DNA of 64,000 bases from Coleofasciculus sp. B1-GNL1-01 (GTDB lineage: Bacteria; Cyanobacteriota; Cyanobacteriia; Cyanobacteriales; Coleofasciculaceae), in NCBI GenBank assembly GCA_040220235.1, contig JAVJTO010000118.1. One strand, 5' to 3'. The notes under the pieces are model-generated. The model was not told the DNA's origin. It saw only the letters and a program-made list of their open reading frames with translations, and made no database searches. Shown piece by piece: positions 61,314 to 64,000 of this stretch (the first letter of the stretch is position 1; the number at the start of each line of letters is the position of its first letter). Made by a program: the position numbers and the translations under genes.

Positions 61314-61604
61314 CTGAAGTTCCCCCCATACAGATGTACTGCACCCAGGCTAAAGCCTTATACCGTAATGGTTTGAACGCTCAACCCCCTCCAAAATCGT
61401 ACCCATGTAGCCCTTGCAAAAATACCGCGATACGTTCCTTCGGAACAGGCTCCGCCAACGCGGTATTTTTGCAATATGAAAAGAGATCGGCTGAAACCAA
61501 CGCCACATCAGGGTTTCAGCGATTGTACCCATGTAGGGCGGCTAAAAAATCGCGGAAAGCCGCACGGTGAGGCAGTTTTGATTTTTTGGTTGGGGGAACT
61601 TCAG
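61314..61604. mobile_element. 291-bp non-autonomous MITE with 13-bp TIRs and 6-bp target-site duplication
   Basis: TIR CTGAAGTTCCCCC / GGGGGAACTTCAG; flanked by GTTAGA at 61308-61313 and 61605-61610. Confidence 0.85.
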
Positions 61605-61692
61605 GTTAGATCTGATATAGATTTTTCTAGATGGCGTGAAAAGTCAGACACAGACGCCATTCCTGACGAACGCAGTGAACGTTAAACCTTTT

Positions 61693-63978
61693 TCATTGGT
61701 TATCCTTCTGGTTTTCGTCATCCGGCTGGATGTTTTCTTCCATCCGTTTCATCAAGAGCTGTTTGGCTTTGAGAATATCGGATTCGGTTCCATAGTGATT
61801 GTGATAGTAATAGTAAGATCGGGTGGTATACCCTTTAACGCCGTTGGCAACCACTCCTAACACGGTAGCGTTAGAAATTCTCATACTATCTAGGGCTTGC
61901 ATTAATGCCGAGCGATCGCTCTTACCCAAGCCCACTACCATCATCACACCATCAGCGTGAGCCGCCAAGAGACGACCATCTGCTAGTCCTAATACAGGTG
62001 GTGTATCGTAAATCACTAGGTCAAAAACCGCATGAAATTGTTCCATCAAATGTTGCATCTTCTTGGAACACAGCAGCCGACTGGGATCAGGGGGGACTTG
62101 TCCGGCGGTGAGAACATACAACCGATCCCACATCGGTAGGCGTTGGATTGCTTGTTTCGCCGTTAATCCAGTGGCAATGACGTTACTTAAGCCCACTTGG
62201 TTGTCTAGGTTTAAATAGTGATGAACTTGAGGGCGTCGTAAGTCCGCATCCACCAGCAACACTCGTTGACCCATGGCGGCGGCGGCTTGGGCGAGGTGGA
62301 CGGAAACAGTAGATTTTCCTTCTGAGGGGGTAGCTGAACTAATAATAATGGAGTGAACGGGGGTATCGCTACCCAGAAACCGAATATTCGTCTGTAGCGA
62401 ACGGAATGATTCTAAGAAGGGAGAAGCATTGTAGCTGCGGGATGAGCGGCGAGATTTTTCACCATTGGCGGAAGGGGAAGCTGATGCCACCTGGGTTAAG
62501 TTTGCCGTAGACATCATCTGTTGTTTGAGTTGTTTTTGGTAGGGGATAATGCCCAGTAGGGGAAGTTTGGTTAAGTCTTTAAGTTCATCGGGAGAATGGA
62601 AGACATTATCCAACCGTTCGATCAGCAACGCCACGCCCATGCCTAACAATAATCCCGCGATCGCACCTAATGTGATATTGCGCTGGGTATTGGGCCACAC
62701 GGGGATTTCTGGAACTTGCGGTTTGACGATAATCTGCCAGGGTAAGGCTTTCTGGGCGGCTTCAATTTCCAGATTTTCCCGCACCGCCAGAAAGCGATTT
62801 AAGCTATCGGTGGCGACTTGGAGTTCTCGCTGTAAGTCTGTGTAGCGGCGGGCGATGACGGGAATTTGTTTGACCTGGAGGTTGAGCATTTGAGCCGATC
62901 GCGCGATCGCACTTTGTTTGACTTGCAAGACTTGCAGTTGATTAGTCGCTTGCACCAGTTGCTGGGTCAAGTTTGTGCGAATCGAATTGGGGGAAGCACT
63001 GGAAACCCCAGCCTCGGTCAGGCTTGCGCCCAATACGTTTTGGGATTCTTGGTTGAGTAAGGGTAAGAGATTATCCCGTTTCTGGCGCAAGGCTTGCATC
63101 GTGGGACTTTGTGGCGTAAACCGCGCCGATTCGAGGGCGATCTGGGATTCAAGTTCCGCGAGTTGGTTGAGTAACTGTTGGTAGCGAGGGGCTTCACTGA
63201 GGGTTACAGTAGCAATGGCTTGCTGAGGTGATAATCCCAACTGTTGTAAGAGCGTGTTATAAAGCGATCGCGTTTCTTGATACTCAACCTGAGTTTGCAA
63301 CTGCTGCTGTTCGATCGCACTCACCCGTTCGGATAACTCTTGGGCTTGGATTTCCGGGTCGAGGAGGTTATGCTGTTGGCGAAAGGCTTGCAATTGTCCT
63401 TGCAGTTTATTCACGCGATCGCGCAGCACAGGTAATTGGTCATCCACAAACTGAATTCCCTGTTTCAGGTTCAGTTGTCGCTCTTGCAGGGAGTAGCGTA
63501 GATAGCCTCTAGCAACTTCATGTAAAACCCGCCGTACTCTTTCCGGCTCAGTATCCCGATAACGCCCTTCCAGAATCTTGGTGTCCCCCAGTCGGCTGAC
63601 AATTAGCTGACTCATTAAGGACTCGTAACCGACCTCAGGATAATGCTTATGGATCTCTTGGACAATAGCCTCCATTAGCTGAGGACTGCGTAACACCTGA
63701 ATCTGGGTATCATAATCCAGTGTGGAATTCCGTCCATCACCGCCACCCACCACGTCTGTGAGTTTGTCTAAGTCTCCTTCCTCCGTTACGGGTTCGACCA
63801 ACAGTTGAAACTTGCTCTCATACTTCGGTGTCTGATTCAACGTCCAAAAACTGATCCCCGAGGTCACTGCGATCGCGACTCCAGCAATCACTAACGCCCG
63901 ACGCCGAATCACGTTGACCAACTGTCGCAATGTCCATTCATCCGGTTCAGGTTCCGGAGGTGGAGTCCGGTAAACCAT
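61693..63978 (-). CDS. wzc: Wzc/GumC polysaccharide co-polymerase with BY-kinase domain (true start may lie beyond the window end)
   Basis: Wzz-like N-terminus, coiled coil, TM, ESFRSLQTN, Walker A SEGKST, DADLRRP, DTPP, Tyr-rich tail YYYYHNHY. Confidence 0.92.
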   Translation of the reverse strand: MVYRTPPPEPEPDEWTLRQLVNVIRRRALVIAGVAIAVTSGISFWTLNQTPKYESKFQLLVEPVTEEGDLDKLTDVVGGGDGRNSTLDYDTQIQVLRSPQLMEAIVQEIHKHYPEVGYESLMSQLIVSRLGDTKILEGRYRDTEPERVRRVLHEVARGYLRYSLQERQLNLKQGIQFVDDQLPVLRDRVNKLQGQLQAFRQQHNLLDPEIQAQELSERVSAIEQQQLQTQVEYQETRSLYNTLLQQLGLSPQQAIATVTLSEAPRYQQLLNQLAELESQIALESARFTPQSPTMQALRQKRDNLLPLLNQESQNVLGASLTEAGVSSASPNSIRTNLTQQLVQATNQLQVLQVKQSAIARSAQMLNLQVKQIPVIARRYTDLQRELQVATDSLNRFLAVRENLEIEAAQKALPWQIIVKPQVPEIPVWPNTQRNITLGAIAGLLLGMGVALLIERLDNVFHSPDELKDLTKLPLLGIIPYQKQLKQQMMSTANLTQVASASPSANGEKSRRSSRSYNASPFLESFRSLQTNIRFLGSDTPVHSIIISSATPSEGKSTVSVHLAQAAAAMGQRVLLVDADLRRPQVHHYLNLDNQVGLSNVIATGLTAKQAIQRLPMWDRLYVLTAGQVPPDPSRLLCSKKMQHLMEQFHAVFDLVIYDTPPVLGLADGRLLAAHADGVMMVVGLGKSDRSALMQALDSMRISNATVLGVVANGVKGYTTRSYYYYHNHYGTESDILKAKQLLMKRMEENIQPDDENQKDNQ

Positions 63979-64000
63979 CGGTGGTGAATACTGTGGCTGT

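Noticed and set aside
61006..61860. Short ORFs in the epimerase-wzc intergenic region
   Set aside because: Translations of REP, hairpin and MITE DNA or antisense to wzc

Overview
Chromosomal window from a filamentous cyanobacterium, inferred from abundant HIP1 octamers GCGATCGC, 7-bp STRR tracts, GTAG-type REP palindromes and cyanobacterial gene families. Housekeeping and signalling genes include dps, hisB, a pedR-like gene, dam, cobH, dapB, a rimK triad, NDH-2, four histidine kinases and an FHA-CHAT protein. The right end is an exopolysaccharide/surface-glycan cluster with three tandem paralogous polytopic membrane proteins, a fourth frameshifted relative, a UDP-glucuronate epimerase and Wzc. 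The most striking part (about 13.7-25.1 kb) is an atypical, reduced type III-B-like CRISPR-Cas locus. It contains a divergent WYL regulator, a decayed IS4, a one-spacer mini-array whose second repeat is cut by a MITE, a Cmr6/Cmr1-like double-RAMP fusion and a CARF-HEPN effector. It also has an HD-less Cas10 with intact GGDD fused in frame to the C-terminal half of a Cmr4/Cas7, then Cmr5, an orphan second leader and a small secreted protein. No cmr3, cas6, cas1 or cas2 is seen in the window. Other oddities are REP/MITE elements translated in frame in the same loop of two kinase ATPase domains, REP-anchored tandem duplications (4 x 175 bp; one capturing a gene's 3' end), and a 291-bp MITE with a 6-bp TSD. 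All family assignments are from motif recognition by eye; no searches were run.
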